Assembly: GCA_963754315.1 (NCBI GenBank)
Contig: CAVWFS010000007.1
Span: 863,964-927,963 of the forward strand
Length of the DNA: 64,000 nucleotides
DNA from: an uncultured Candidatus Rokubacteria bacterium
GTDB lineage: Bacteria; Methylomirabilota; Methylomirabilia; Rokubacteriales; CSP1-6
Reading direction: 5' to 3'
Both the position numbers and the translations under genes were made by a program. Shown piece by piece: positions 20,741-32,559 of the stretch. Positions within the stretch are counted from its first letter, which is position 1. Every line of letters starts with the position of its first letter. The notes under the pieces were generated by a model. That model worked only from the letters and a program-made list of their open reading frames with translations, was not told the DNA's origin and did no database searches.

Positions 20741-22308
20741 ATGCCTGTTCGTTATGATGCCGTCGTCATCGGCAGTGGCTTCGGGGGAGCGGTTTCCGCC
20801 TGTCGCCTGGCTGAGGCCGGGTACTCCGTTCTGATACTGGAGCGCGGGCGCCGCTGGGATAAGACCACCTTCCCCCGCAAGCCTGGGGACGACTGGCTCT
20901 GGGACCACGACCATCCCGAGCGTTGCCAGGGCTGGATCGACTTCAGAGTCTTTCCGAGCATGGCTGTCGTGCAGGGCGCCGGTGTCGGTGGCGGTTCGCT
21001 TGTCTATGCGAACGTGTCCGTCAGTGCCAGGCCCGATACGTTCGACGCCGGCTGGCCGCCCGAGATCACCTTCGCGGCCTCGAAGCGCACTATCGCGCGG
21101 TGAAGGAGATGCTGGGGTCGCGTCAGGTCCCCGAGAGCCAGTGGCCCGAGCGCACTCGGCTCCTCAAGCTCGCCGCCGAGCGAGACGGCGCCGCCGACAG
21201 GTTCGAGCCGCTGGACCTAGCGGTGAGCTTCAGTGACGACTGGAATGTGGGACTGCCCGACCCATACTCACCCGGGCACTCGAAACCGTTCGTCAACCCT
21301 CACGGCAAGCTCCAGGGGACGTGTGTGCACCTGGGCAATTGCGACATCGGGTGCGACGTGGGCGCCCGCAACTCCCTCGACCTGAACTACCTCGCCCGCG
21401 CCGAGTTCCGTCAGGCCGAGGTGTGGCCGCTTCACATCGCCCGGGTCATCGAGCCTCTCCCTGACGGCTACCGGGTCCGCTTCGAACGGATCGAGAACGG
21501 TACGCTCGTCCCCGGCGAGGTCAGCGCGCGCATCGTGATCCTCGGCGCTGGCTCGCTGGGTTCCACCGAGTTGCTGCTGCGGTGTCGCGACCAGTTCGGC
21601 ACTCTGCCCGCGCTCAGTGCGTTCCTCGGTCACAACTGGAGTAGCAACGGCGACTTTCTCACTCCCGCCATCCACCCGTTACGCGAGGTTCGACCAACAC
21701 GCGGGCCGACGATCACGGCCGCGGTCGACTATCTTGACGGCGTGCGCGGCGGCCAGCGCTTCTTTATCGAGGACGGCGGCTTTCCAGACCTTCTCCGCAA
21801 CTATCTCACCCAGCTCCACGGCAGCGACGCCCATCAACCCCTCGCCCGGGAATTCATCAATACGATGCGCCTCATGCTGTCCGGGACCGATGCCCTCCAT
21901 CGGGTGATGCCCTGGTTCGCCCAAGGTCGCGACGCCGCCAACGGTATCCTGTCCCTGCGCGCCGAACGACTCTTCCTCGACTGGGATATCGACCAATCCG
22001 AGAGCGTCATCAACGCAATCGTCGACACTCACAAGGACTTCGCCCGCAGCACGTCCGGACTGCCGTTGGTGCCAACCACGTGGACGGTTGCACGCCACCT
22101 GGTCACCCCGCACCCGCTCGGCGGGTGCAACATGGGGAGGACGCCGGCCGAAGGGGTCGTCAATCACGCCGGGGAGATCTTCGGCTACCCCAACCTCTAC
22201 GTGGCCGACGGGGCGATCGTCCCCGAAGCGCTGGGCCTGAACCCGTCGAAGACCATCGCCGCCCTCGCCGAGCGGGTCGCCGCCATCATCCTGGAGGAGC
22301 GCCGCTAA
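20741..22308 (+). CDS. GMC oxidoreductase (cholesterol-oxidase-like), frameshift near 21075
   Basis: GSGFGG, GVGGGSLVYAN, HPLGGC, GLNPSKTIAALAER. Confidence 0.85.
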
Positions 22309-22411
22309 GCTGCATCCTTGCGATGATAGCGGAGCGGCGGAAAAGTCGACACAATGGGCCTCGATACTGCTACGGCCGCGGGGGTCAGGGCGGTCGGCCG
22401 GGCCTTGAGAG

Positions 22412-23827
22412 GTGATCGTGGATACTTACGATGCTGTGATCCTCGGCGGTGGCTCGGCCGGTGAGTACATCGCGTCCTTGCTGGCCGATGGCGGTCAGCG
22501 GGTGGCCGTGGTGGAGGCGCGGTTGGTGGGCGGCGAATGCCCCTACTTCGCGTGCATACCCAGCAAGGCCATGCTGGCAGCCGCCGAGCTGCGGCACCGC
22601 ATCGGGCGTACGGCGCTGGCGGCCGGTGCCATCGGTCGCCCCGTGATCCTCGATAGTGACGTCGAGGCGTACGCCGCGGCGGTAGCGCGCCGGGACATCG
22701 TTGCCGAGCATCAGGACGACTCGGCCGCGGTGCAACGCTTGCAGGCGAAGAACGTCCGCGTCATCAAGGCCCGAGGGCACATCGAGGATTCCGGCGTCGT
22801 CGCCGTCGGTGAATTGCGCATCGGATGGCGCCACCTCGTCATTGCGACCGGCACCAGGTTCCGCGAGCCCGCCATACCTGGCATCGGGGCGGTGTCTTTC
22901 TGGACCAGCGAGGACTTTTACACGAAGGGCGAAATCCCCGTATCGGCAGTCATCATCGGTGGCGGCGCCGTCGGCTGCGAGATCGCCCAGGTGCTCAGCC
23001 GATTCGGCAGTCGGGTGACCCTGGTTCAGCACTCACCGCAGCTTCTTTCCCGGGAAGAACCCGCGGTCGCCGATGCCCTGGCGGCTGCCCTGCGCGAAGA
23101 CGGAATCGACGTGCGGCTGGGCGTGGAGGTAACCAGTGTCGCACCTCTTCCAGGTGGAGTCCGCGTCGGCCTCGACGACGGGTGGTCGTCGACGGTCGAG
23201 CGGGTGATCGTCGCCATTGGCATGCGGCCCAATACCGATGGGATCGGGCTCGAGCGTCTCGGGATCGAGCCCGACGCCCGAGGCTACTTGCCCGTCGACG
23301 ATCACTGCCGACTCGGAGGGCGCCCCAACGTCTGGGCCGCTGGCGATGTCACCGGCGTTGCTCCCTACACCCACACCGCCAACTACCACGCTCGGACGGT
23401 CGCCGCGAATCTCCTGGGCCAGGACACCCGGGCCGATACTCGAGCGATTCCGCGCGGCGTCTACACGGACCCGGCGGTGGCCTCGGTGGGTCTCACCGAG
23501 AGTGCCGCCCGCGCGCAAGGCTACGATGTGGCGGTCGCGAGTTTTCCGCTGGCCAGCACTGCCCGTGCCTTCGTGACGGGCAACCAGTCGGGTATTCTGC
23601 TCCTGGTCGCGGACAAGGCAGCGCGCGTGCTCCTGGGGGCCGCCGCCGTCGGTCCGCACGTGGAGGAGCTCATCGGCGAGGCCGCCCTGGCCATTCGGGC
23701 GCGGGTCCCGCTGGAGATTCTCGCCGATCTGGTCCACCCCTTTCCGACCTACAGCGAGGCCTACGAACCAGCGATCCGAGACCTCTTGACCGCCGTTGGC
23801 ACGAGAGGCGTGCAGAGCCGGGGCTGA
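22412..23827 (+). CDS. Pyridine nucleotide-disulfide oxidoreductase (LpdA/MerA-like)
   Basis: GGECPYFACIPSK; GGGAVG; HPFPTYSE. Confidence 0.9.
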   Translation: MIVDTYDAVILGGGSAGEYIASLLADGGQRVAVVEARLVGGECPYFACIPSKAMLAAAELRHRIGRTALAAGAIGRPVILDSDVEAYAAAVARRDIVAEHQDDSAAVQRLQAKNVRVIKARGHIEDSGVVAVGELRIGWRHLVIATGTRFREPAIPGIGAVSFWTSEDFYTKGEIPVSAVIIGGGAVGCEIAQVLSRFGSRVTLVQHSPQLLSREEPAVADALAAALREDGIDVRLGVEVTSVAPLPGGVRVGLDDGWSSTVERVIVAIGMRPNTDGIGLERLGIEPDARGYLPVDDHCRLGGRPNVWAAGDVTGVAPYTHTANYHARTVAANLLGQDTRADTRAIPRGVYTDPAVASVGLTESAARAQGYDVAVASFPLASTARAFVTGNQSGILLLVADKAARVLLGAAAVGPHVEELIGEAALAIRARVPLEILADLVHPFPTYSEAYEPAIRDLLTAVGTRGVQSRG

Positions 23828-23876
23828 GCCGCCACGGAGGTGACGGCGACCCGGTACCCGCGACGGGAAGGAGGGC

Positions 23877-24497
23877 ATGGTTTCCATCGGCTGGCTGGAG
23901 GGCGTCGGATACCTCGCGTCGCTGCTCGTCTTCTGCACCTTCTATATGAAGACGATGCTGCCGCTGCGGGCCGTGGCGATCGCGAGCAACGTCGCCTTCC
24001 TGACCTATGGGCTCGCGGGCGGCCTCTATCCGGTGTTCGCCCTCCACGCGGTGTTGCTCCCGCTCAACTGCCTCCGGCTGCGCCAGATGCAGCAGCTCGT
24101 CCGGCGAGTCCAGGAGGCGGCGCGGGCCGACGTGTCCACCGAATGGCTCATTCCGCTCATGACCCGCCAGCGACGCAATCCGGGTGAGGTCCTGTTCCGG
24201 ATCGGCGACCCCGCGCGCTCGATGTACGTGATCCTCGCAGGCTCCGTGAGGCTGGTTGAGATCGAGGTCGTCTTGGGGCCCGGTGCCCTCGTCGGCGAGA
24301 TGGGGATCTTCGCGCCCGATCATCGCCGGACCGGCACCGCCCTCTGCGAGACGGAGGTCGAGATCGGGTCGATCAGCGACGAGAAGGCGCTGCAGCTCTA
24401 CTACCAGAACCCGGCGTTCGGCTTCTCCCTGTTCCGGCTCGTCATGCAGCGCATGCTCGAGAACGAGCGGCGCGGGCATCCGCGAGACCGCGGCTGA
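23877..24497 (+). CDS. Membrane protein with a C-terminal cyclic-nucleotide-binding domain
   Basis: N-terminal TM segments; LFRIGD..MYVILAGSV..GALVGEMGIF..RRTGTA. Confidence 0.8.
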   Translation: MVSIGWLEGVGYLASLLVFCTFYMKTMLPLRAVAIASNVAFLTYGLAGGLYPVFALHAVLLPLNCLRLRQMQQLVRRVQEAARADVSTEWLIPLMTRQRRNPGEVLFRIGDPARSMYVILAGSVRLVEIEVVLGPGALVGEMGIFAPDHRRTGTALCETEVEIGSISDEKALQLYYQNPAFGFSLFRLVMQRMLENERRGHPRDRG

Positions 24498-24653
24498 CAC
24501 ACGCGCGTCGGTAAAGAGCGACGCCAGCGCACGCGGAGGGAGAGGTGAAGCTGCAGCGGTTCCGCTGCCCCCGAGTTGGAGTAGAGTAGCGCCACGGCTA
24601 CAAAGGTCGGTCCAGTGAGTTTGCCCTTCACACACACACTCGGAGGAGCGGAC

Positions 24654-25790
24654 ATGCCCACCAGACGGCCTCTCATCACGCTCGTGACGTTGATGCTCGT
24701 CAGCGTTGCCCTCACGGCGCCGGCGGCCGCGCAGATGTCGGCGGCCACGACGCAGTGGAAGATGCAGAGCAGCTGGCCCGCTGCGGATTTTCACCAGGTC
24801 AATCCCAAGGGGCTCATCGAGAAGATCACGGAGATGACGGGCGGTCGCCTCCAGATAGATCTGCAGCCCGCGGGCACCGTGGTGCCGGCCTTCGAGGTCC
24901 TCGATGCGGTGAACCGCGGCATCATCGACGCCGGCCACTCGTGGCCGGGCTTCTGGACCGGCAAGAACGCGGCGGCGACGCTGTTCGGCAGCGCGCCCGG
25001 GGGCCCATACGGCATGAATGCCGAAGACTACCTGGGGTGGATCTACCTCGGAGGCGGGCTCGAGCTCTACAACGAACTCCTGCAGAAGGAGATGAAGATG
25101 AACGTGGTGGTCTTCCCGACCTTCGGGGAGACGCCGGAGCCGCAGGGCTGGTTCCGGAAACCCATCAAGTCCCCGGCCGATCTCAAGGGGCTCAAGTTCC
25201 GCGCCACCGGCATCGCGGCAGAAGTCTTCAAGGAGATGGGGATGTCGGTCGTTAGCATCGCACCGGGCGAGATCGTCCCCGGGCTCGAGCGCGGCGTGGT
25301 CGAGGCGGCCGAGTTCAGCGACCCGAGCGCCGACATGGCGATCGGCCTGCATCAGGTCCGGAAGTTCTACCACATGCCCGGCATCCATCAGCCCACGGGC
25401 ATCATGGAGCTCCAGATCAACAAGGCGAAGTGGGACGCGCTGCCCGCCGACGTGAAGGCCATCGTGAAAAACGCGGCCATGGCCGAGGCGCTGCACTACA
25501 CGCTCAAGATGCTCGACCGCAACAGCCAAGACCTCGTCACGCTCGTGACCAAGCACGGCGTCACCGTCGTCGAGACGCCGCGCGAAGTGTTGGGCGAGAT
25601 CCTCAAGGCCTGGGACAAGGTGGCCGAGCGCAAGGCCAAGGAAAACCCGTTCTTCGCCAAGGTGCTGGAGTCGCAGAAGGCGTGGGCCCAGCGCGTGGTG
25701 CCGTACCGCCGCTGCTGCCATCCGCCCTACGAGTTCGCCGCCGACTACTACTGGAAGGGCGCCAACCCGTACAAGATCGTCAAGCCATAA
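24654..25790 (+). CDS. TRAP substrate-binding protein (TakP/keto-acid type), orphan
   Basis: WKMQSSW, GWFRKPI..DLKGLKFR, LERGVVEAAEF. Confidence 0.85.
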   Translation: MPTRRPLITLVTLMLVSVALTAPAAAQMSAATTQWKMQSSWPAADFHQVNPKGLIEKITEMTGGRLQIDLQPAGTVVPAFEVLDAVNRGIIDAGHSWPGFWTGKNAAATLFGSAPGGPYGMNAEDYLGWIYLGGGLELYNELLQKEMKMNVVVFPTFGETPEPQGWFRKPIKSPADLKGLKFRATGIAAEVFKEMGMSVVSIAPGEIVPGLERGVVEAAEFSDPSADMAIGLHQVRKFYHMPGIHQPTGIMELQINKAKWDALPADVKAIVKNAAMAEALHYTLKMLDRNSQDLVTLVTKHGVTVVETPREVLGEILKAWDKVAERKAKENPFFAKVLESQKAWAQRVVPYRRCCHPPYEFAADYYWKGANPYKIVKP

Positions 25791-25800
25791 GTCGCTGCCG

Positions 25801-28800
25801 ATGCGGTGCCCCCAATGCGGCCAGGAGAATCCCACCGCGGCGCGCTTCTGCAACGACTGCGGGGCGCGGCTGGAGATCGCGTGCGCGGGGTGCGGGCAGG
25901 CCAACCCCCCGGCAAGCCGCTTCTGCAACGGCTGTGGCCAACCTCTGCGCGGGGCGCCACTGTCGCCGCCCGCGCCCGGCAGCTATACGCCGCGGCACCT
26001 CGCCGAGAAGATCCTCACCTCGAAGGCGGCGCTCGAGGGCGAGCGCAAGCAGGTCACCGTGCTCTTCGCCGATCTCAAGGGCTCGATGGAGCTGCTGGCC
26101 GACCGCGATCCGGAGGACGCGCGAAAGGTCCTCGACCCGGTGATCGAGCACATGATGGCCGCCGTGCACCGTTACGAGGGCACCGTCAACCAGGTCATGG
26201 GTGACGGGATCATGGCGCTCTTCGGCGCCCCGCTAGCCCACGAGGACCACGCCGTCCGGGCCAGCTACGCCGCGCTGCGGATGCAGGAGACGGTCAAGCG
26301 CTATGCCGAGGAGGTCCGCCGGACGCAGGGGATCAGCCTGCGCATCCGGATCGGGCTCAACTCCGGCGACGTGGTCGTGCGGGCAGTCGGGAGCGACCTC
26401 CGCATGGACTACACGGCGGTGGGCCAGACCACCCACCTGGCCGCGCGCATGGAGCAGCTCGCCGATCCCGGCTCGATCCTCCTCACCCCCGTCACGCTGG
26501 CCCTGGCCGAGGGGCACATCGATGTCCGCTCACTCGGCCCCATGCCAGTGAAAGGGCTCGCCGACCCGATGGAGGTGTACGAGATGCTCGGCGCCTCCAC
26601 CATCCGCTCGCGCTTTCAGGCGGCGGCGGCGCGGGGGCTCTCGCGGTTCGTCGGACGCACCGTCGAGATCGAGCAGCTCCACGAGGCCCTCGACCACGTC
26701 CGGGCCGGCCGGGGACAGGTCGTTGGCGTGGTCGGCGAGCCCGGCGTGGGCAAGTCGCGCCTGTACCACGAGTTCACCCTCTCGCACCGCGTGCAGGGCT
26801 GCTTCGTCCTGGCCAGCGTCTCGGTCTCCTACGGCAAGGCGGCGGCGTACTTCCCGATCATCGACCTTCTGAGGACGTACTTCCGGATCGAAGGGCGGGA
26901 CGACCCGCGGATCATCCGCGAAAAGGTGACGGGCCGGCTCCTCTCGCTCGACCGGGCCCTCGAGCCGTTCCTCCCGTCGTTCCTGTGGCTCCTCGACGTC
27001 CCCACCGACGATCCCGACTGGGAGCACCTCGACCCGCCCCAGCGCCGCCGGCAGATCCTCGACGGCGTCAAGCGGCTCCTCCTCCGCGAGAGCCATGCCC
27101 AGCCCGTCGTCGTCATCTTCGAGGATCTTCACTGGATCGACGCCGAGACGCAGGCCCTGGTGGACGCCCTCGTGGAGGGGCTGCCGGCGGCGCGCGTCCT
27201 CATGCTCGTCAACTATCGCCCGGAGTACCACCACGCCTGGGGATCGAAGACCTACTACCGGCAGCTCCGGATCGACCCCTTGCCCGCGGCCAGCGCGCGC
27301 GAGCTGCTGGACGCCCTGCTCGGCGACGACCCCACCGTCCAGCCGCTGAAGGGCCTCCTCATCCAGCGGACGGAGGGGACGCCGTTCTTCCTGGAGGAAG
27401 GTGTCCGGGCGCTGGTCGAGACGAGAGTGCTGACGGGCGACCGCGGGAGCTACCGCCTGCTGCGGTCGCTCGACACCATCGAGGTGCCGGCCACCGTGAA
27501 GGCCCTCCTCGCCTCCCGGATCGACCGTCTGACCCCCGAGGACAAGAGCGTGCTCCAGGCCGCCTCGGTCATCGGCACCGACGTGCAGTTCGACGTGCTC
27601 GAGGCCATCGCCGGCGTGCCCCGGGACGAGCTCCGGCGCCATCTCGACCAGCTGCAGTCCGCGGAGTTCCTCTACGAGACCGCCCTCTTTCCGACCCTCG
27701 AGTACACCTTCAAGCACGCGCTGACCCACGAGGTAACCTACGGCAGCCTCCTCGCAGACCGCCGGCGCGCGCTGCACGCCCGGATCGTCGAGGCCATCGA
27801 GCGGCTGTACGCCGATCGGCTGAGCGATCAGATCGAGCGATTGGCCGGCCACGCTGTCCGAGGCGACATCCCCGACAAGGCCGTGACCTATCTCCACGGA
27901 GCCGGGGACAAGGCGCTCCGGCGCTCAGCCAACAACGAGGCCGTTGCCTACTTCACCGAGGCGCTCGACTTCCTCGCACGATGGCCGACCGGCCCCGAGC
28001 GCGAGGGCCAGGAGCTGCGCTTGCTCCTGGCCCTCGGGCCTGCACTCCAGATGACGCGGGGCTTCGGCGCGCCGGAGGTGGGGCGTACCTACACGCGGGC
28101 GTCGGAGCTGGGCGAGACGATCGGCAAGCCGGCCGAGCACTTCCAGGCGTTGTGGGGCCGCTGGCTCTTCACCACGACGGGGCGGGGAGACTACGCTGCC
28201 GGGCGCCGGATTGCCGAGGCCCTGATCGTTCTTGGCGAGCAACTGGGCGACGTGCCCTACGGCTCGAGGCCCACCACGCGATGGCGCCGACCACGCTCTG
28301 GGTGGGCGAGCCGGAGGCCACGCGCGGGCACTGCGAGCAGGGCATCGCCCTCTATGACAAGGAGCAGCACCGGTCCCTGGCCTTCCTCTACGGCGGGCAC
28401 GACCCGGGTGTCTGTTGCCGCATGCACTCGGCCCTGGCTCTGTGGATGCTCGGCTACCCCGCGCTGGCCCTCGAGCGCAGCCGCTCCGGCCTGGCCCTGG
28501 CCAGGGAACTGGGGCACCCTGGAAGCATCGTCAACGCGTTCCCCTTCGCGGTGCTCGTGCATCAACTGGTCGGAGACAGTGCAATCCTGGGCGACCTCAT
28601 CGAATCGATGGTGGCGATGTCCACTGAGCACGGACTGCGTCAGTGGTTGGCCTACGGGCGGATCTTCGAGGGCTGGATCAGCCGGCAGGACCGCGGACGG
28701 GACGCCATCGACCATATCCGCCACGGCATCGACGAGTATCGCGCGATGGGCAACACGCTCTGGGTTCCGGCCTTCCAGGGGCTCCTGGCCGACGTCTGCC

Positions 28801-29202
28801 TGCAGCACGGCGCCACGGAGGAAGGACTGACGACCATTGCCGAGGCCCTGGCCCTGGCCGACGTGACCGGAGCCCACCTCTGGACCCCGGAGTTCCATCG
28901 GCTCAGGGGCGAGCTGCTGCTCGCCCGTGCCGGCGCCGACGAGGCAGCACGCCGAGGCCGCCTTCCGCCAGGCCATCGACGGGGCCCGCGAGCAGGGCGC
29001 TCGATCCTGGGAGCTGCGCGCCGCGGTGAGCCTGAGCCGCCTCTGGCAGCGCCAGGGCAAGCGCGAGGAGGCTCGGCGGCTTGTGGGGGAGATCCACGGC
29101 TGGTTCACCGAGGGCTTCGACACCGCCGACCTCGCGGCGGCGCGCCGCTGGCTCGACGAGCTCGAGGAGACCGGCCCCGCAGGCCGACCGCGTCCTTCCT
29201 GA
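25801..29202 (+). CDS. Double zinc ribbon / class III cyclase / STAND ATPase / TPR protein, frameshifts near 28255 and 28945
   Basis: Four CxxC; VLFADLKGS, MGDGIMALFG; GEPGVGKS; FEDLHW; ELRAAVSLSRLW...WFTEGFDTADL. Confidence 0.9.
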
Positions 29203-29266
29203 CGTCGCTCTGGCCTGTGAACTCCGAAGCCGGCGCGACCGCGGAGCGGATGCTACCATCGGGTCG

Positions 29267-29677
29267 ATGGAGAGCGAGGGCCGCGAGCGCGAACACCTCA
29301 CGGCCGCCATCCGGCAAGAGCTGGAGGCGCGGGCAGAGATCGTGTTTGCCTACCTGCATGGCTCGTTCCTCGCCGGCGAGGGCTATCGGGACATCGACAT
29401 CGCCGTCTGGCTCGACCCCTCCCGCGTCGCCCCCGGCGAGCGGGATCGCTATGCCCTCGATCTCTCGGTCGCGCTCCACCTCGGCCTGAGGCGACCGGTC
29501 GACGTTCGCGCCCTCAACGATGCCCCGCTGGCCTTCCGCTATCACGCGCTCAGGGGTCGGCGGCTCGTCGTCCGCGATGCGGATTTTCTCGACGAGATGC
29601 GGGCGCGAACCTGGGACGAGTACTTCGACTTCCTGCCCTTCGCTCGGCAGTACCTGCGCGAGGCCCTCCGTGGGTGA
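29267..29677 (+). CDS. mntA: MNT nucleotidyltransferase antitoxin
   Basis: FAYLHGSF..YRDIDIAV; VDVRALNDAP; overlaps the HEPN gene. Confidence 0.85.
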   Translation: MESEGREREHLTAAIRQELEARAEIVFAYLHGSFLAGEGYRDIDIAVWLDPSRVAPGERDRYALDLSVALHLGLRRPVDVRALNDAPLAFRYHALRGRRLVVRDADFLDEMRARTWDEYFDFLPFARQYLREALRG

Positions 29678-30103
29678 GGTGAACCTGGACCGGCTGCGCG
29701 AGCTGGCCGGGCACCTGCGCGATGCGGTCCGCCAGCTACGCGAGCTGGCCAGCTCATCTCGCGAGAGCTTTCTCGTCGACTTCCGCACCATCAATAGCGC
29801 GAAGTACCTGTTGATCGTGGCCGCCGAAGCGGCGCTCGACATATGCAACCATCTGGCCGCACGGCGGGGCGGCCGGAGCCCCGAAGACTACGCCGATTGC
29901 ATGAGTGTCCTCGCCGAGATCGGTGTGATCGACCGTGCGCTCACCGCCCGGCTGGTCAGAATGGCCCGCTTCCGTAACTTGCTGGTACACGTGTATGCCA
30001 GAGTCGATGACGCTCAGGTCTACCGCGTGCTCCAGGAGGATCTCGACGACTTCGATCGTATCTGGAGAGCGTGGGGCGGTACCTGAAGGCCGATCTCAGC
30101 TGA
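29670..30103 (+). CDS. hepT: HEPN (DUF86) RNase toxin, frameshift near 30060
   Basis: RNLLVHVY matches R-x4-H-x-Y. Confidence 0.85.
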
Positions 30104-30196
30104 GCGCTTCCTTCGCCCCCGCTGGGGATCGGCCTTGGGAAATCAACCGATCCCGCTCACTGGCATAGCTGCGCGGGCGGGCCGACTAGGAGCTCG

Positions 30197-30781
30197 ATGC
30201 CACAGATCTCGACGCACGAGTTCGAACGGCTCCCGCTACGGGTTCATGACTTCCTTTCCGGCGTGCCCCTTCATGACGTGTGGGCGATCGATTTGCCGCG
30301 GCCGCGCTCCGGCATCACGCTGGATGCGTTCTTGCGCGCCGCAGGCGGGCGTCTGCTCAGACCGTCGCCAGTCGTGCGCACGCTCCTGAGCATCCGTTTC
30401 TTCGTCGGCCGGCACCTTGGTTGGGATCGCGAGCCGGACGCAACCGTGAGGGAAACCTTCGCAACCCGTCTGACCACTGGCGATCTCTCCAAATCCCTTG
30501 CGCGGGCGGGCACGCGCGAGGGACTCTTCCGTATCGTGTACCGCTTCGAAAACGAGCAGCTTCTCGAGGTAAGCAACCGTACCGCTCACGCGGCAGCACT
30601 GAGTGCCCTCGTCGAAACGGAGAATGCGTACCGCTTTTATTTCGGCGTTTACGTGCGCAGCGTCGGCCGCTTGACGCCGGTTTACATGGCCCTCATCGAC
30701 CCATTCCGCAAGTTGATCGTCTATCCGTCGCTCCTGCGCAGCGTTCGCACGACCTGGAATCAAACCTTCGGCACCGCCTGA
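30197..30781 (+). CDS. DUF2867-like hypothetical protein
   Basis: LHDVW; YMALIDPFRKLIVYP. Confidence 0.6.
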   Translation: MPQISTHEFERLPLRVHDFLSGVPLHDVWAIDLPRPRSGITLDAFLRAAGGRLLRPSPVVRTLLSIRFFVGRHLGWDREPDATVRETFATRLTTGDLSKSLARAGTREGLFRIVYRFENEQLLEVSNRTAHAAALSALVETENAYRFYFGVYVRSVGRLTPVYMALIDPFRKLIVYPSLLRSVRTTWNQTFGTA

Positions 30782-30848
30782 GGACGCTGCGGGCGCGCCT
30801 CGCGTTGATCGCGTGAAACAGATAGGGCGACATCCCCCGGGTCAGGCC

Positions 30849-32270
30849 TCAGTCCAGCGGACAGTCCTGCTCGTTGAAGCCCTCGAACACGTTCTTGAGT
30901 GCCTCATAGTCTCCCCCCGGAAACACCGCGTTGAACATGGCGATCACTTCAGCCGCGGTGAGGGCATAGTTGACCCCTGGGGACGACGCGCTCAACAGCG
31001 CGGACACGGTGTGACGGCCGAGGGCGTTCAATCCCCCGCCTCCCAGTGACACCACCTGTCGCAGCGTCCTGTTAGGGAAGGCGTTCGCGAACACGGCTGA
31101 GAACAAGGTTTGTGGGGTCAGGGGCGCGGGCCACGAGTCGAAGTGCTGCGGAGCTTTCCACTAGCCCGGCGTGCACCCCTCGCCGCCCGTCCTCGGCGTG
31201 CATTGCGTCACCGCCTGCGCAGTATTGTTCGCTGTTGCTGTCGTTCGTCGCCGTCACCGTCGCCACGTTGGTGATGGGTCCGCACGGATCGCCCTGCGGC
31301 GCCGAGACCTTCAGGGTGAGGACGGCCGACGCCCCGGGGGCGAGGGTGCCGATGTTCGCCGTGACCGTCCCGCCGCTCTCCGCGCACGATCCCTGCGAGA
31401 CGACGCACGAGATGAAGCTCGTCCCGGCCGGCAGCGGGTCCGTGATCACGACATCGTTAGCGGTCGTCCCGCTAACGTTTTGCACGGTGATGAGGTACGT
31501 GAGCTCTCCGCCCGGCACGACAGGGTCGGGCGAATCGATCTTCGAGATGGCCACATCAGGCTTGCCGGGCTCGCTTGGCGGCTCGCCGCAGAAGTTCTGG
31601 GCCGAGGCAAGAGCGGCCGCCGACGGACCCGAGAACGTGACGTTGCACGGGAAGTCGCCGATGTCGACTATGCCGTTCTGGTTGCCGGCCGCGTCGCACA
31701 TCGCGGCGACCCCCGGCCGCCAACGACGTCGCCGCGCTACCCGGCAGGCAGCCCGCTGGTGCAGGAGTCCCGGTCGTGGTCCCGCGCGAACGAACTGCCT
31801 GCGGACTGATGAAACACGCCCCCGTGATGCCGATCTCGCCGCTGAAGGGCCCTGTGGCGCTCACCTGCAGGAATGGCCGACGCTTCACGCTGAACGGGTT
31901 GGCGGCAATCTCGATGAAGGCTCCGCCAGCGGCGCTCCCGGGCGGCAGGGCGTTGGCAATGGTCGCGTGGGACACGTCAACGTCGCCGTCCTCAGAATAG
32001 AGCTGGACCCTGAAGAGCCCTGCCAGCACGTGTCCGGGCCCAGGGTGCCCGAAGTCGAAGTCGCCATGGGAACTCATCACCAGCGGGTTGTTGACCGTCC
32101 GGATCGTGTTGGGAGGGCTGCAGAAGTTGGCGACCTGGCTCAGCCCGACCAGTGCCTCGAAGGTGACGGTACACGGGAAGTCGCCATCGTCGACGATGCC
32201 GTTGTTGTTCCCCTCCCGCTACCATTCTAAGCGGGATCGTCACAGCGCAAGAGGGAGAGCGAGGGACCGG
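30849..32270 (-). pseudogene. Surface protein with DUF11 domain and GCTPG(Y)WK C-terminal domain; frameshifts and in-frame TAG; 5' end uncertain
   Basis: DVAISKIDSPDPVVPGGELTYLITVQN..ITDPLPAG; GCTPG*WK; internal NGIVDxGDFPC repeat. Confidence 0.65.
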
Positions 32271-32474
32271 CGCTGCTGCCGCCGAGAATGCGCCCGTCCA
32301 GCGGCTGGATGTCGATCGCAAGAGGATTCGAGCCCTCGATCACGATGTCGAGCCCGCACTGAATACCGATCTGGCCGAAGCCCGTCACGGGGTCGTGCCG
32401 CAGCATCTGCTCTCACGACCTCCGCCTCTCGTACAGGAGCCTGGTGATCTAGCGTCATCACTAAGGGCCGAGGG

Positions 32475-32524
32475 TGTCACCCATGTCTCCGGACCACTTT
32501 GTTATCGATGTCCTCGACCGTTTA
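32475..32524. mobile_element. Isolated IS481-like terminal remnant
   Basis: Tandem TGTCACCCATGTCTCCGGA and TGTTATCGATGTCCTCGA; no transposase adjacent. Confidence 0.5.
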
Positions 32525-32559
32525 GCCCCCGCCACTTGATCGGCGTGCCTGGCAGTCAT

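Noticed and set aside
22412..23827. merA call
   Set aside because: No C-terminal Cys-Cys pair, no N-terminal metal-binding domain and no mer operon.
23670..25928. 752-aa minus-strand ORF and similar long antisense ORFs (7043-8470, 26530-27897, most of 40106-41920)
   Set aside because: High-GC shadow frames of well-supported genes on the opposite strand.
10086..30103. Many frameshifts as programmed recoding or true pseudogenes
   Set aside because: Scattered single-base indels in otherwise conserved genes fit long-read consensus error; reads are needed to decide. Only the IS3 A7G site looks programmed.
31161..31163. In-frame TAG as pyrrolysine or readthrough
   Set aside because: It replaces an expected Tyr in a gene with other lesions, and there are no pyl genes in the window.
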